The notes under the pieces were generated by a model. That model had not been told where the DNA came from and made no database searches. It saw nothing but the letters and a program-made list of their open reading frames with translations. A stretch of DNA of 55,926 bases, filler included, from Basidiobolus ranarum (taxonomy: Eukaryota): the NCBI GenBank assembly GCA_040143965.1. It is 5 parts of 5 records of this genome, joined end to end, with 100 filler letters (N's around TTAATTAATTAA, not from the genome) between each part and the next. Parts side by side here need not be neighbours in the genome. Positions count along the whole stretch, not along the records: positions 33,656 to 44,747 come from JASJQH010000638.1; positions 44,848 to 55,926 come from JASJQH010000639.1; 3 more parts are not named here. One strand, written 5' to 3'. This document shows positions 37,127 through 49,194 of the stretch, one piece after another. Each line of letters opens with the position of its first letter. Position 1 is the first letter of the stretch. The position numbers and the translations under genes are program-made.

Positions 37127-38778
37127 GTATATATCATTCTTCGCTCGTAACTGAATGTAAGATTCCGCCAATAAGATACTTGTTGAAAATCACGTTGTAA
37201 CTAGGGAATATATAATATACCAATGCGGTATTTGGGTAGAGGTGCATGGTAATTATGGATTTTTAATGAGAAAGGAACGAGTTTGTTAAATAAATAAGGA
37301 TCATCTGGTGGTGGTACAATTAAATGTATTTAGGTAAACAAGTCTCAGCCCACTAAACTTGCCATATATCGCTTAGGATATTATTAAGTTCATCTATTCA
37401 AGTAAGAATGGGTTAATAACATGCTCAAGATAAGGTGTTATCTGTTGATGCACTTACTCGAAATTGAGTAACCATCCATTTCTTGCACCTGATTCCAGCG
37501 ATTCATTCTTCAAAGACGGGTTACCATGCCTGTAGTACATAACATGCTCGAAATACTTCATGGGAACGGTAGAGCAGCAGTATACCTGATTGCGTGTCAG
37601 GCCACCGCCTTTTTTGGTTACAACTTTTCACACTTCCCTGCTTCCAAATACAGCTATTTTGTAAAGCATTCACTTTTTTCATTACTACATTCAACCCAGG
37701 CACTACAATAGTTTAGGTGAAAGTTGATGTTCCACTGTAGAATAAAATATCCCAGTTATTGCATCATCCCTTGACGTTGATAAGCTAAATTCACCTAAGA
37801 CAACCTCTTGTAGCTACCGCATGAGAATTACTACCCATTGAAAGGAAATACGATGCAGCGGGGACTAAAAGATGAGAAGAGACACGTCCAGAAGGATTTT
37901 CTGACCAAGATACTATTGATATGACGATCTAATGCTAGAAAAGCCAGTGGTTGAATATTACATTTAATGCTTGAAAAAATCGTTACCAACCGAATACCGT
38001 AGCATTCTTACCAATCTCATTGAGAAAGATCAAAATAAAAGTAAGAGCCATTTTAGTAGCCACTGCACTCCATTATTATTTTGGTAGCAATGTTAGGAAG
38101 TACCCAATCCAATAAAATTGACATGATATATGTCCAGAATATGCATGTCACCTATTATGAATACACGTGATATGAGGGAGGTCATAACCTAAGAGCTACA
38201 TGCTGTCAATTATTAAGCTGTCAATTATTCCACCAACATTCGATACAAATATACACTATGAATTCGATTTCGCCATCAAATAGCTTAGTTAACTCTATTT
38301 AACCCCAACTACTGTTATATTTGTATCAACATCTAGTTAGTGACTTTTGTAAAGTAGTGCCATTGGTGTAAAATTGAATTTGGCTTATTTGCGTTATAGC
38401 TGGTACAAACTCAGTAAAAAGAAACTCATTCTAGGTGAAACAGTTACTTGTCTGACAAACTTTAGAATTTGTGAATTTTAACTCACAAGAGCAACAAATT
38501 CTCAACACCGGCTAATTCCAAATTTTTGTAGTTCCTTATGTTACATGTATTCGACGACATGTACAAATACTACCCAATAATCAGAGACCAAGAGCTCGAA
38601 CAGCTTACCATGGCAAGAGTACTATTTCATCATCGTGGCAATAGAATGTGAAAAAGGAGCATAGTAGCACATAATTTTAAGTATAAGTACTTCTCAGCGG
38701 TAACATCTTCATTATCTAATCATCTTTCAATAGTTCTTGAACCTTTCAGATATTTATCAACCTTGCAGTGAAAACAAT

Positions 38779-40392
38779 ATGCGCACTAATAACGCCAAGG
38801 AACAAAGTACTTTTAAAGAAGAATGCCAAGCTGTTTACAAATGGTGGTCTTCTGAACGTTTCAGCCATGTCACTCGCCCGTATTCAGCAGAATCCATTGT
38901 GAAAAAACGCGGAACCCTCCAAGTTCAATACCCCTCCGATACAATGGCTAAAAAACTGTGGGGTCTTCTGAGCAACCATTTCAACAATGGTACAACCTCT
39001 CATACCTTTGGCTCTTTAGATCCGGTTCAAGTCATTCAGATGTCCAAGTACTTGGAAACTATTTATGTATCCGGCTGGCAAAGCTCTTCTACAGCCTCTA
39101 CCTCCAATGAGCCTGGCCCTGATCTTGCTGATTATCCCATGGATACTGTTCCTAACAAAGTTGAACAACTATTCCTCGCTCAGCAATTCCATGATCGCGT
39201 GCAGAATGAAGCAAATATGAGTGTCAACTGTGAGGCTTCCTTGAAAATCAACGATTATTTCCGCCCAATCATCGCCGATGCTGATACTGGTCACGGAGGA
39301 GTAACTGCAGTTATGAAACTCTCTAAGATGTTTGTTGAACGAGGTGCGGCTGGAATTCACCTTGAAGATCAAGCTCCAGGTACCAAAAAATGTGGCCATA
39401 TGGCTGGAAAGGTTCTAGTTCCAATAAGTGAACATATCAGAAGACTTATTGCAGCCAGAGCTCAGTTCGACATCATGGGAGTAGAAAATCTACTTGTTGC
39501 CAGAACTGACGCTGAAGCAGCAACTTTGATTACTAGTACCATTGACAAGCGTGATCATCCGTTTATACTCGGCACCAGCAACGAATCTCTTCGTCCATTA
39601 GTCGAAGTATTGGAGGAAGCTATAGAGGCTGGTACAGATCTCGCAGAGTTATCAAAACTCGAGGCTCAATGGATTAGTGATGCCAACCTTCGTACATATC
39701 CAGAAACTGTAGTAAACGCCATTGAAACCTCAAATTTGTCGAACAAAGAAGATTTGATCAAGAGTTGGAATGAAAAAATTGATACCATCAGTATTTCGGA
39801 AGCCAAAAAACTAGCCAACTCCATGGGGGTTACAGTTGAATTTGACTGGGATAAACCACGTACTACCGAAGGGTATTATCGTTATCAGGGAGGTATTGAA
39901 TGCTGTGTTGCTCGCGCCAGTGCTTATGCCCCATATGCTGACTTGTTATGGATGGAGAGTAAAAGCCCTATTATGGAGGAGGCAAAAAGATTTGCCGAAG
40001 GACTTCATGCGAAGTATCCTTGGGCCAAACTTGCTTATAATTTATCACCTTCCTTCAACTGGGATGCCACTGGTATGAGTGACGAGGAAATGGGTAACTT
40101 CATCCGGGATCTAGGCAGCTTGGGTTACTGTTGGCAATTTATTACACTTGCAGGATTCCACTGCAACTCTTTGAGTATCGACTTATTTGCTCGGGATTTT
40201 GCTAAACGAGGTATGCTGGCTTATGTTGAGGGAATTCAACGTAGGGAGAGGGAATTTGCAGTAGAAACGCTTCAACACCAGAAGTGGTCTGGTGCTTATT
40301 ACTATGACGAGATAGTCAATATGGTGAGTGGTGGTGTTGCGTCTACTGCAGCGATGGGTTCTGGAGCTACTGAGGAGCAATTCCAACATTAA
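38779..40392 (+). CDS. ICL1: Isocitrate lyase
   Basis: [20 protein letters not shown], catalytic KKCGHM and [20 protein letters not shown] carries ICL-type rather than methylisocitrate-lyase-type residues. Confidence 0.95.
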   Translation: MRTNNAKEQSTFKEECQAVYKWWSSERFSHVTRPYSAESIVKKRGTLQVQYPSDTMAKKLWGLLSNHFNNGTTSHTFGSLDPVQVIQMSKYLETIYVSGWQSSSTASTSNEPGPDLADYPMDTVPNKVEQLFLAQQFHDRVQNEANMSVNCEASLKINDYFRPIIADADTGHGGVTAVMKLSKMFVERGAAGIHLEDQAPGTKKCGHMAGKVLVPISEHIRRLIAARAQFDIMGVENLLVARTDAEAATLITSTIDKRDHPFILGTSNESLRPLVEVLEEAIEAGTDLAELSKLEAQWISDANLRTYPETVVNAIETSNLSNKEDLIKSWNEKIDTISISEAKKLANSMGVTVEFDWDKPRTTEGYYRYQGGIECCVARASAYAPYADLLWMESKSPIMEEAKRFAEGLHAKYPWAKLAYNLSPSFNWDATGMSDEEMGNFIRDLGSLGYCWQFITLAGFHCNSLSIDLFARDFAKRGMLAYVEGIQRREREFAVETLQHQKWSGAYYYDEIVNMVSGGVASTAAMGSGATEEQFQH

Positions 40393-41172
40393 CCTATCAA
40401 ATGGACTTGGTATAAACAATATTCATATATACTATTAATTAGAGTTGAACATCACTCTTGGAATAATAAACAGCATTTCATCAAACCCTTATTTCTTATT
40501 GGCTAGAATCAGAACACAGGAAATGACACTTGATCGATTGAACTATCTTTACACGTTTAAAAGTTGAAGATCAATGAGCCCCACTTGTTTGAAAGTGATT
40601 GGGTAATATACAACGATCTGGTTAACAGAATACCAAACTAAAGTAGAAAGACATCCGGATAACTGGATTCATTTCTGCACTTTGTGTTCCACTCAGATCG
40701 CACTTTTATGCTTAAGCGTTCACTTTTTGAATCGATTGAATTATGATCTGGTTACAAACCTTATGAAACAATTGCCGCCTAATCTTACTTACTTTACCTG
40801 TTACTTAGTGAAACACAAGATGGCCCTAAATGGAATATTCATCAAACACACGTGTCGAGCGATATGTAGCAGCGTATTCGTGATAAATCACCAAGTGGTA
40901 GATATATATTCATTTACGTTAAAACTGAAAATGTTGGTGAATTTTTCTTAAGATCACTACTCCATAAGTATTGTCAAAATTCACAGTAAATCGTTTTAGA
41001 ATTAGTATTTATTTATTTATATATCTTTTTTAGACGTCTCCCTTGTTAACACTACTGTTTACGATAAGTGCTGTACAAAATAAAGAAGTTGACAATGCAT
41101 GGAAAACAATATATGCTAAGTTTGGTGTTTATAAAGTACTATTATTCTGTCGTACAACTGATTCAGTATTGG

Positions 41173-42289
41173 TTATTGAGTCTGTAGTTTTAGAGACAAC
41201 ATTGATGGCCAAATATCCATCCACTGAGAAACTTTCTCGTAAACCATAAACGTAATTGCTTGTCCAGGAGCGACCCGGAGAAGACGTGGTGTAAGACCTT
41301 TATACAAGGCCCGATAGCCCTACAGAAAAATAAAGTATTTCTTTTTAGTCTTTCATTCCTATAAATTCAGTCAGTTGAGAAGAAAAATACCTCATTTCTA
41401 ATGATACTAGCGGTTGTATTGGTGAACTGAGCCCAACCAGATTCATTGCTTACCATGGAAGCTTTCTGAACTCTAGTTTTAATTGTATCAATGGGCGCAT
41501 TACACATGGGTCCCATGGCACCACTAATACCACCAAGTGCTAGTGCTTGATAGCTAGGGAGCTCCGAGATATCTTGATAAGCCAATAAATGTTTTTTTCC
41601 CTCTTGATAAGCAGTGAAATTTACTCCTTGATTTGTCGCTTGACGTAAGCAAGTGAGGGTTACTCCTTTGTACAGTGCTCCAATTCCCTCTTCTCTAATA
41701 ATTGTATAAAAAGTCTGTGATCCAGTACGATATTTAGGTATCTCATTAAGGTTGAATTTCGAGCGATGCTGTGTCTGTAGACGAATCTTCACAACATCCG
41801 TGGGACAGACCACCATGATAGACTCAGTGACACCTGCTGCTAGACCAGCTGTAAATTGAGAGTTATGAAGGTTAAACTCAGTAAGGATCAAAGTACAATC
41901 AATTTAACTCTTCAAGTATCCTTACCTACGAATACGGAAGTAGTGGAAACATTCCCGGTCTCTTTGTTAGCTAGCAAAGATTTGTATAGCTCAAAGCTAG
42001 AGAAACGTATACTCATCTTCGGCACAATTCCCATAACGACAACACCTAACCCCCTATAGAGCGCCAATAGACCCTCATCTTTAACGATACGAACACCTGT
42101 ACCGAAGAAAGATCTTGGTCGCACCTCAGCAGAAGAGTTGGTTCGAAGCTGCATGAAAACCTTGACAGTATCTAAAGGATGACATATGCAAGCTTCTACA
42201 AATCCTGCACTTCCACCAGCAATCAGGTGAGTAGAAAAATTCTTCTTGCGGGAGCGATCTGATGACATATTAATGGAGCTTTTTGACAT
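41173..42289 (-). CDS. SFC1: Mitochondrial succinate-fumarate carrier (3 exons)
   Basis: Three carrier repeats, with GIVPKMSIRF, LRQATNQGVNFTAY, NAPIDTIKTR and PRLLRVAPGQAITF diagnostic of Sfc1/Acr1/AcuL. Confidence 0.9.
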
Positions 42290-43942
42290 GCTTAGAGAAA
42301 TGAAGAAGGAATATAGCGCTCTGGATATTGGAGTAAGGAATTATTATTAGGAACGGTCTTGTTATATAGCTCCTTTACACCTACTATAATCAACATTGGT
42401 ATAGAAATACAAAAATAATACATAAAAAAACCGGCATTCAACTGATTGCTATATTTCTAAGAAAACCACGCCATATAGTACGGGTTTTTCGATAAGAGTT
42501 TAATGAAGAATCAATACAAAGGTACCATCCTTTAGGTCATACTTTAACCTGTTTATCAATGTCACATCGTGTTTGGTGTTGTTGCGTTCATGACTGTAAG
42601 TGTGTACTATTTGAATGTTGGTAATATGCTACCAAGTATGTTGTGAGCGAGAAATATGAATGCCCGTCATACACTGTTAAAGTTTACCCAGGAAACATGT
42701 GGTTTCACATCTCTGAATCTATTGGCAAGACTATTCAGAGGAAGGGTCGTGATGTTAGTAAAATATCCCCAGCACTTGGGATGGTAGATAAAGAAAGGGC
42801 ATTAATACGGAATAAGCAACCACATTGTTAAGCTTCGGATAACATGAAAGCAAAGTACCGATGTCAGAAAACTGGTTGTTTCAAGTTCTGGGTTCGTAAC
42901 CCTGCAATCAGTTACTATGTAAGCATTCAACCTTGTACAGCTTGATCATTCCCATCGGATTAACTCTCTGCCATTCTGCTAGTTCTACGCTAGATTTCTG
43001 GGCCGGTGTGACAACGTGGAGACATATTGTTTTATTAGCACCTGATATGGTGCTGATCACTTGTAATTTTTAGTTGAAAATTCCCAGTCTCACTCTTGAG
43101 ATGACGCTGATTCGTAGGAATCCATCCCATATGTTAATTAGCGATGTTGATGTGATGGCAACTTCTAAGGTACTCTCAATTGTATTGAGCTGCTCCTACC
43201 AATGTCATTTGTCTACGTGTGTTTGCTACAACTAGGTTCGATAAGCATTACTGGTAGACATAACTATTGCAGGTCATTTTTAAGCTGGCAAGTAGTCATC
43301 CAAGTTAGGACTAGATGAATACGATTCATTTTCTCACTATTCCATGAGAACTCAGTGGTTGGTTACCTCTTACTATTACTATCCAACCAAAATACTGATC
43401 AGTGGTGTTTGGTCATCAATACCAACCTATTGTTATTGGAAAATCAGCAATACTGTTGGTCTTTCGCCAAGTGCAGGGAATACTTGACGGTGCTGAAACT
43501 GTACATTCATGGAAGCAAATAGACCAGATTTGCAGGACGTATCACAAACTACTGCATGTTTAGTTTCCCCCCACAAAATCGAAATCTTCCACAGAATCTC
43601 AATAATCTTGCACATGCTTTCCGTACAGATCACAGTTGATATTGAGCATCATGTAATACATCATAACGGAGAAAGTAGTTTTGGGAACTTGAGAAAATAG
43701 CGAGCTTTCTGGTATTTGTAGAGATCACGAAATCCCGCTATTTCTGTCATGACGAGATTATGTGTGAGAAGGTAATAGTAGTTGAACCGTTAATATTAGG
43801 GGATGGTATCAGAAATTAGGCAAAAAGCGGGATATTTATGAGCCAAATGAGCACATAGTCATCTTCGTCTGAAATGAAATTGACTATGTAAAATACCATT
43901 GCCTTATTTTCAAGAGAAATAGCTAAATTACTTTCAATATTT

Positions 43943-44636
43943 TCTTTTACTGGTAAACAGAGGGGAAGGGTTCCAGATATTGTATATCGTTTAAATGCTG
44001 TCGCGATTTCATGACAGTTATGATGTCATTGCAAATTGCTTTGATGAGATCCAGTGAGCATTGTTATAATTTTCTTGATGTGCGTTACTCTACTAATATT
44101 CTTGATATATATTGGCTGGTAGTTTGATTGGACTCTGTTGAACAACAACTTTAAATTATGCATGCATTATTGTTGCATCACTGAAAAATTGGATGGCTCT
44201 GTGACCTTTCAAATCATCTATAATTAATATTTTACGCAGATTTCAGGAAAATTCATGATCATTTCTAATATTTGATATTTCAATAAGTTTCTTGCTAAGA
44301 CAACTCTGGACTATTCAAGAATCAAATTGTCAGTAAATGGGTTGAGCAATGTGTTGAATGATTTTCAAAAATTGTCAAACAATTATTCTGGCAATTATTC
44401 TGCTTAGTCACAAGATAGCTTATATGTTATCCTTGGTACATATCTAAGAATATTAGTAGAGTAACGCACATCAAGAAAATTATAACAATGCTCACTGGAT
44501 CTCATCAAAGCAATTCGCAATGACATCATAACTGTCATGAAATCGCGACAGCATTTAAACGATATACAATATCTGGAACCCTTCCCCTCTGTTTACCAGT
44601 AAAAGATAGCTTATATGTTATCCTTGGTACATATCT
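43943..44636. repeat. 161-bp inverted duplication (43943-44103 / 44446-44606) with 34-bp direct repeat (44412-44445 / 44603-44636)
   Basis: The arms are reverse-complementary with one visible mismatch; AAGATAGCTTATATGTTATCCTTGGTACATATCT flanks the second arm on both sides. Confidence 0.9.
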
Positions 44637-44747
44637 GTTTTTCATTGGAACTTGGCCAATTTGTTGAGTCATTCAGCTCAGGATCCATATTTAAGTTTTT
44701 GTTACCACTATTTTAAGAAGTTGCAAAAATTTACTCCTCATAAATAG

Positions 44748-44847
44748 NNNNNNNNNNNNNNNNNNNNNNNNNNNNNNNNNNNNNNNNNNNNTTAATTAAT
44801 TAANNNNNNNNNNNNNNNNNNNNNNNNNNNNNNNNNNNNNNNNNNNN
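44748..44847. other. Artificial contig linker
   Basis: N-run + TTAATTAATTAA + N-run. Confidence 0.98.
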
Positions 44848-45510
44848 CCTATACCACCATATAAGCCAAACCCACTCCCAGCCTAAAAGCCTAATCCCGT
44901 CCCTCCTTACAATCCAAATACTTTCCCACCTTACAAGCCACAGCCTGTCCCCGCTTACAAGCCAAAGCCTGTCCCTGCTTATAAGCCAAAGCCTGTCCCT
45001 GCCTATAAGCCAAAGCCCGTCCCTGCTTACAAGCCAAAGACTGTCCCCGCTTACAAGCCAAAGACTGTCCCCGCTTACAAGCCAAAGACTGTCCCTGCCT
45101 ATAAGCCAAAGCCCGTCCCTGCTTACAAGCCAAAGCCCGTCCCTGCTTACAAGCCAAAGCCTGTCCCTACTTACAAGCCAAAGCCTGTCCCTGCCTATAA
45201 GCCAAAGCCCGGCTATGGTTCGGGATCTAGTGGTATGAGTGGATATTCTAGCAGCAGTAGAGGGGGTTCTGGCTACGGCTCGAGCTCTAGTAGCCGCAGA
45301 TCCAGCTCCAGCAGAATAATACGTGAAAAATCGTCAAGCTCCTCAAGTTCATCAAAAGGTGATACATCTTCCTATTCTTCCATGAAAGATGGAGAAAACG
45401 GAATCAATTGGAACGAAATATCAGGTGGATCCGAGGGTATTAGAAAGGCAATCAACAATAACTTGGATTCAGGTTCAGATGATGATGATGACGATAATGG
45501 CTCTTATTAG
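44848..45510 (+). CDS. 3' part of a Pro/Lys/Tyr-rich (YKPKPVPA)n repeat protein with Ser-rich tail; in-frame TAA at 44884-44886
   Basis: The 24-bp tandem repeat at 44848-45210 reads YKPKPVPA in the same frame as ORF 45235-45510. Confidence 0.65.
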
Positions 45511-45880
45511 GTGATATGAAATCTCTTTTCTTTTGAACTTTAATAAATACGTTTTTTATCGACTGGCATCTCTTGCACCTTCCTCTAGGTAGTTAGGATT
45601 AGTTGATAAATCATGTGCTTAGGGTTAGCTAAAAACATCGAATAAAATTGTCTTTGTACCATACTGGAACATAGTGATCACATATCCGCATACTAGTAAC
45701 ACAGGCTAATTGTTTGAAGGTTGATTAAGTTATGCCATATCCAATACCACCTGGACTAAGTTGTTTTGTTGATGTAGATGACTTAATTTATTTCGCGATT
45801 TCTCTTTTCTTGGTTAATTCTGTAAAAAGAAAATAATAATACAAAAGGGGTTTTTTATCCGATATACATAGTAAACCGAT

Positions 45881-46841
<961 letters not shown>

Positions 46842-47032
46842 AGTGATTTCTTGACGATGGAAGAATGTTTATATTTCCCCCTCTTCGCCAACCATCGGTC
46901 GAATCTTCTGAGAATAAAGAGTTTATTTTAATGTAAATCTAGTGATAGTGAATGGGTAGAGTTGAATATTCTGGAATAGGAGTTTAGTAGATACTGGTGA
47001 GGATAGTGGAGTAGGGAACTGGCTTAGATGGT

Positions 47033-48596
47033 TCATTTGGAATCCTCCTGTTTGCCAGTCTCTTCTTCGTAGTCGGTCTCACTGTCATGGGATGGATCCA
47101 ACTCCTCTTCGGTAGCATCGCTGGAGCTTTCGTGATCCTCCTCAGTAGGTTTCTGTTGATACGATGGACGAACTTCCTCACAGACTGTGGGCTGGTTTCG
47201 GCGTGATGCCCATCTGCTGGCAAGGATGGCCAAAATGGTTAGTCCGATAATTCCATACTGGTCCCAGATCGATCGGAGTGTCTCTTCAGTGTATGTCTTC
47301 CATGATTGTTCCAAGAATGGTACGTGGAGAGGATCCGAAGGTATGGTAATCAGAGAGATTGTGGAGCGACCATCGTGAGCATGTTCAAATAGTGGTATCA
47401 TGGTCTAGAAAAGGGTCATTAGATTGAGCACTTGTTGAAACTTAGCATCATGAAGTTACCTTCTCTAAAAGCTCACGCAATATTGCTTTTCCTATGGTCG
47501 ATTGGGTTGAATCGAGTCCGTACCGTTTGTTGATCAGCTGTAATAAAGTGAATCAGTCCAAACACAAATAATGCTAGAGGATTCATCAACTACTAACCTC
47601 AAATCCACTCAAAGATAACGAAAGATAGTTAGGTCTATCTGATGGGTAATCGGCCGCTAACCAGGAATATCTATAAATCATCCTAGTGGCATATTCTATT
47701 TCTCGGATGAAAATTATATCTTCCTGTCAATCAGTAAATTCGGTAAATCTCGGATTCAGAGTTAGCATTTAAAAATCCATTCAATTTACCTTAACATTTG
47801 GATTGAATAGTTCTGCTCCTATCAGCTGGTAAGTGCTCAGGAAATAATCGTATGCTTCATCATCAGATACTTCGGCTGAGGGCATTCTTTCATTTAAAAA
47901 CTGAAGAAATAGCCTTAGCAGAGATACTTTGAGAAGACGGTGACAACATGGTTACTTACAATATTTTCCGTTCTAATGTCTACTTTACCCCCGTAACGAT
48001 TTTCGAAGTGCGTTTTCCAAGAACCTCCATAAGTTTCCCACGAAGTAAGGGAGAACGAATCCACCATCTCATAGAATTCACTGGGTGAAGGTGGATTTGA
48101 AACACGTAAAGTTGGGTTGTGCTCTGGTAGTATCTCTACAATAGGGAATATATATTGTTATTTTCTGTAAAGAACATGCTCAAAGGCAAAGATACTCATA
48201 CCTGAACCTCCAGCTAAGCCACTTATTACCACCACTAGATTTCCCTTGGTGTCTTCCTCCATGCTGCCGTTAATGGTCGGGTTCATCCAAAGATATTCTT
48301 CCTCGATGGTCTCAAAATCGTCGTATGCATCGATATCAAAAGTTTGTAAAACACTTGAAAGAAGAACCGGCATCGTCTTGAAGGAAATATCAACGGGAAA
48401 TGGTTGTGGTTCCAACTCCATTTTAGTTTTTAAAGGAATAACATATACAGAAGTAGTGGCAAGCTCCGCAATATCTGATAAAATAAGAGAAAGGTTAATG
48501 TTACTTGTTACCGAACTCTGAAAGAGATAAAGTTATACCTGCTTGGATAGAGACTATGGCGAAGGTCAGACAGTAAAGAGAAGCGTAGGCACGCAT
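47033..48596 (-). CDS. Type I membrane protein resembling the ATP6AP2/(pro)renin receptor - Vps3844 family (multi-exon)
   Basis: Signal peptide MRAYASLYCLTFAIVSIQA; spliced PNYLSLSLSGFE|LINKRYGLDSTQ..AILRELLEK; one C-terminal TM helix and an acidic tail. Confidence 0.6.
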
Positions 48597-49194
48597 TTTT
48601 GATGATTGTTGCAAGGATTTTATTACGTAAATACTCTTGCAAGAGATAATGTCTTCGTTTTATAGAGATTTCAAGAACGTGTAGTGTATCAACAATGAAT
48701 GTTACCCATTTCCATGCAACATTAAAAGCAATCCTTGGGAACACTCAACAAGTACATGTGTGATTGTTTACGATGAGCAGTACCTGCACACATTTGCACC
48801 ATTCAGTTCATTTTCGATACGAAGTTGTAATTCAAAATTGAACTCTGATACACATTCGGCATTCAGCATCTCATATTATCGCCATTTCCCTACTCCGCCT
48901 AGTTTCATCCTAGCGTGAGTTTTACTTGATTGGAATATAATATCATGAATATTAAGTACCATATTTTCGAGCGAATAACTTGGTCATATACTTAAAGACG
49001 ATATTTTCTCCACAAAATCTAAACAACTCCATGATTTGGGAAGATTTTTTGGGGAAGTTCAATACGATTTGATAAGTTCGCTCATATTTGGATAGAGTGG
49101 CTACTTTTAGTAATTCAATGAGAGTAAATGACTAGTGATATATAGATTTTGCTTCTCACTTTTCCCTTCTGTCAAGTACAGCAGTGCAAAAACA

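Larger units (their letters stand above)
33656..37330. mobile_element. Candidate endogenous large DNA virus (Nucleocytoviricota-like) segment
   Basis: Intronless viral-type fused capping enzyme, a D6/D11-like helicase fragment and two AT-rich repeat arrays, contiguous with host ICL1/SFC1 on one contig. Confidence 0.8.

Noticed and set aside
37450-37670. Possible decayed Ras-like relic on the minus strand (MLYKIAVFGSREV*K.., DGYSISS)
   Set aside because: Similarity is too short and broken to support without an alignment search.
43300-43751. Stop-interrupted minus-strand frame (MTEIAGFRDLYKYQK..)
   Set aside because: May be a decayed gene or transposon, but I cannot assign it to any family.
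44891-45157. ACKQGRAL-repeat ORF on the minus strand
   Set aside because: Antisense of the YKPKPVPA repeat.
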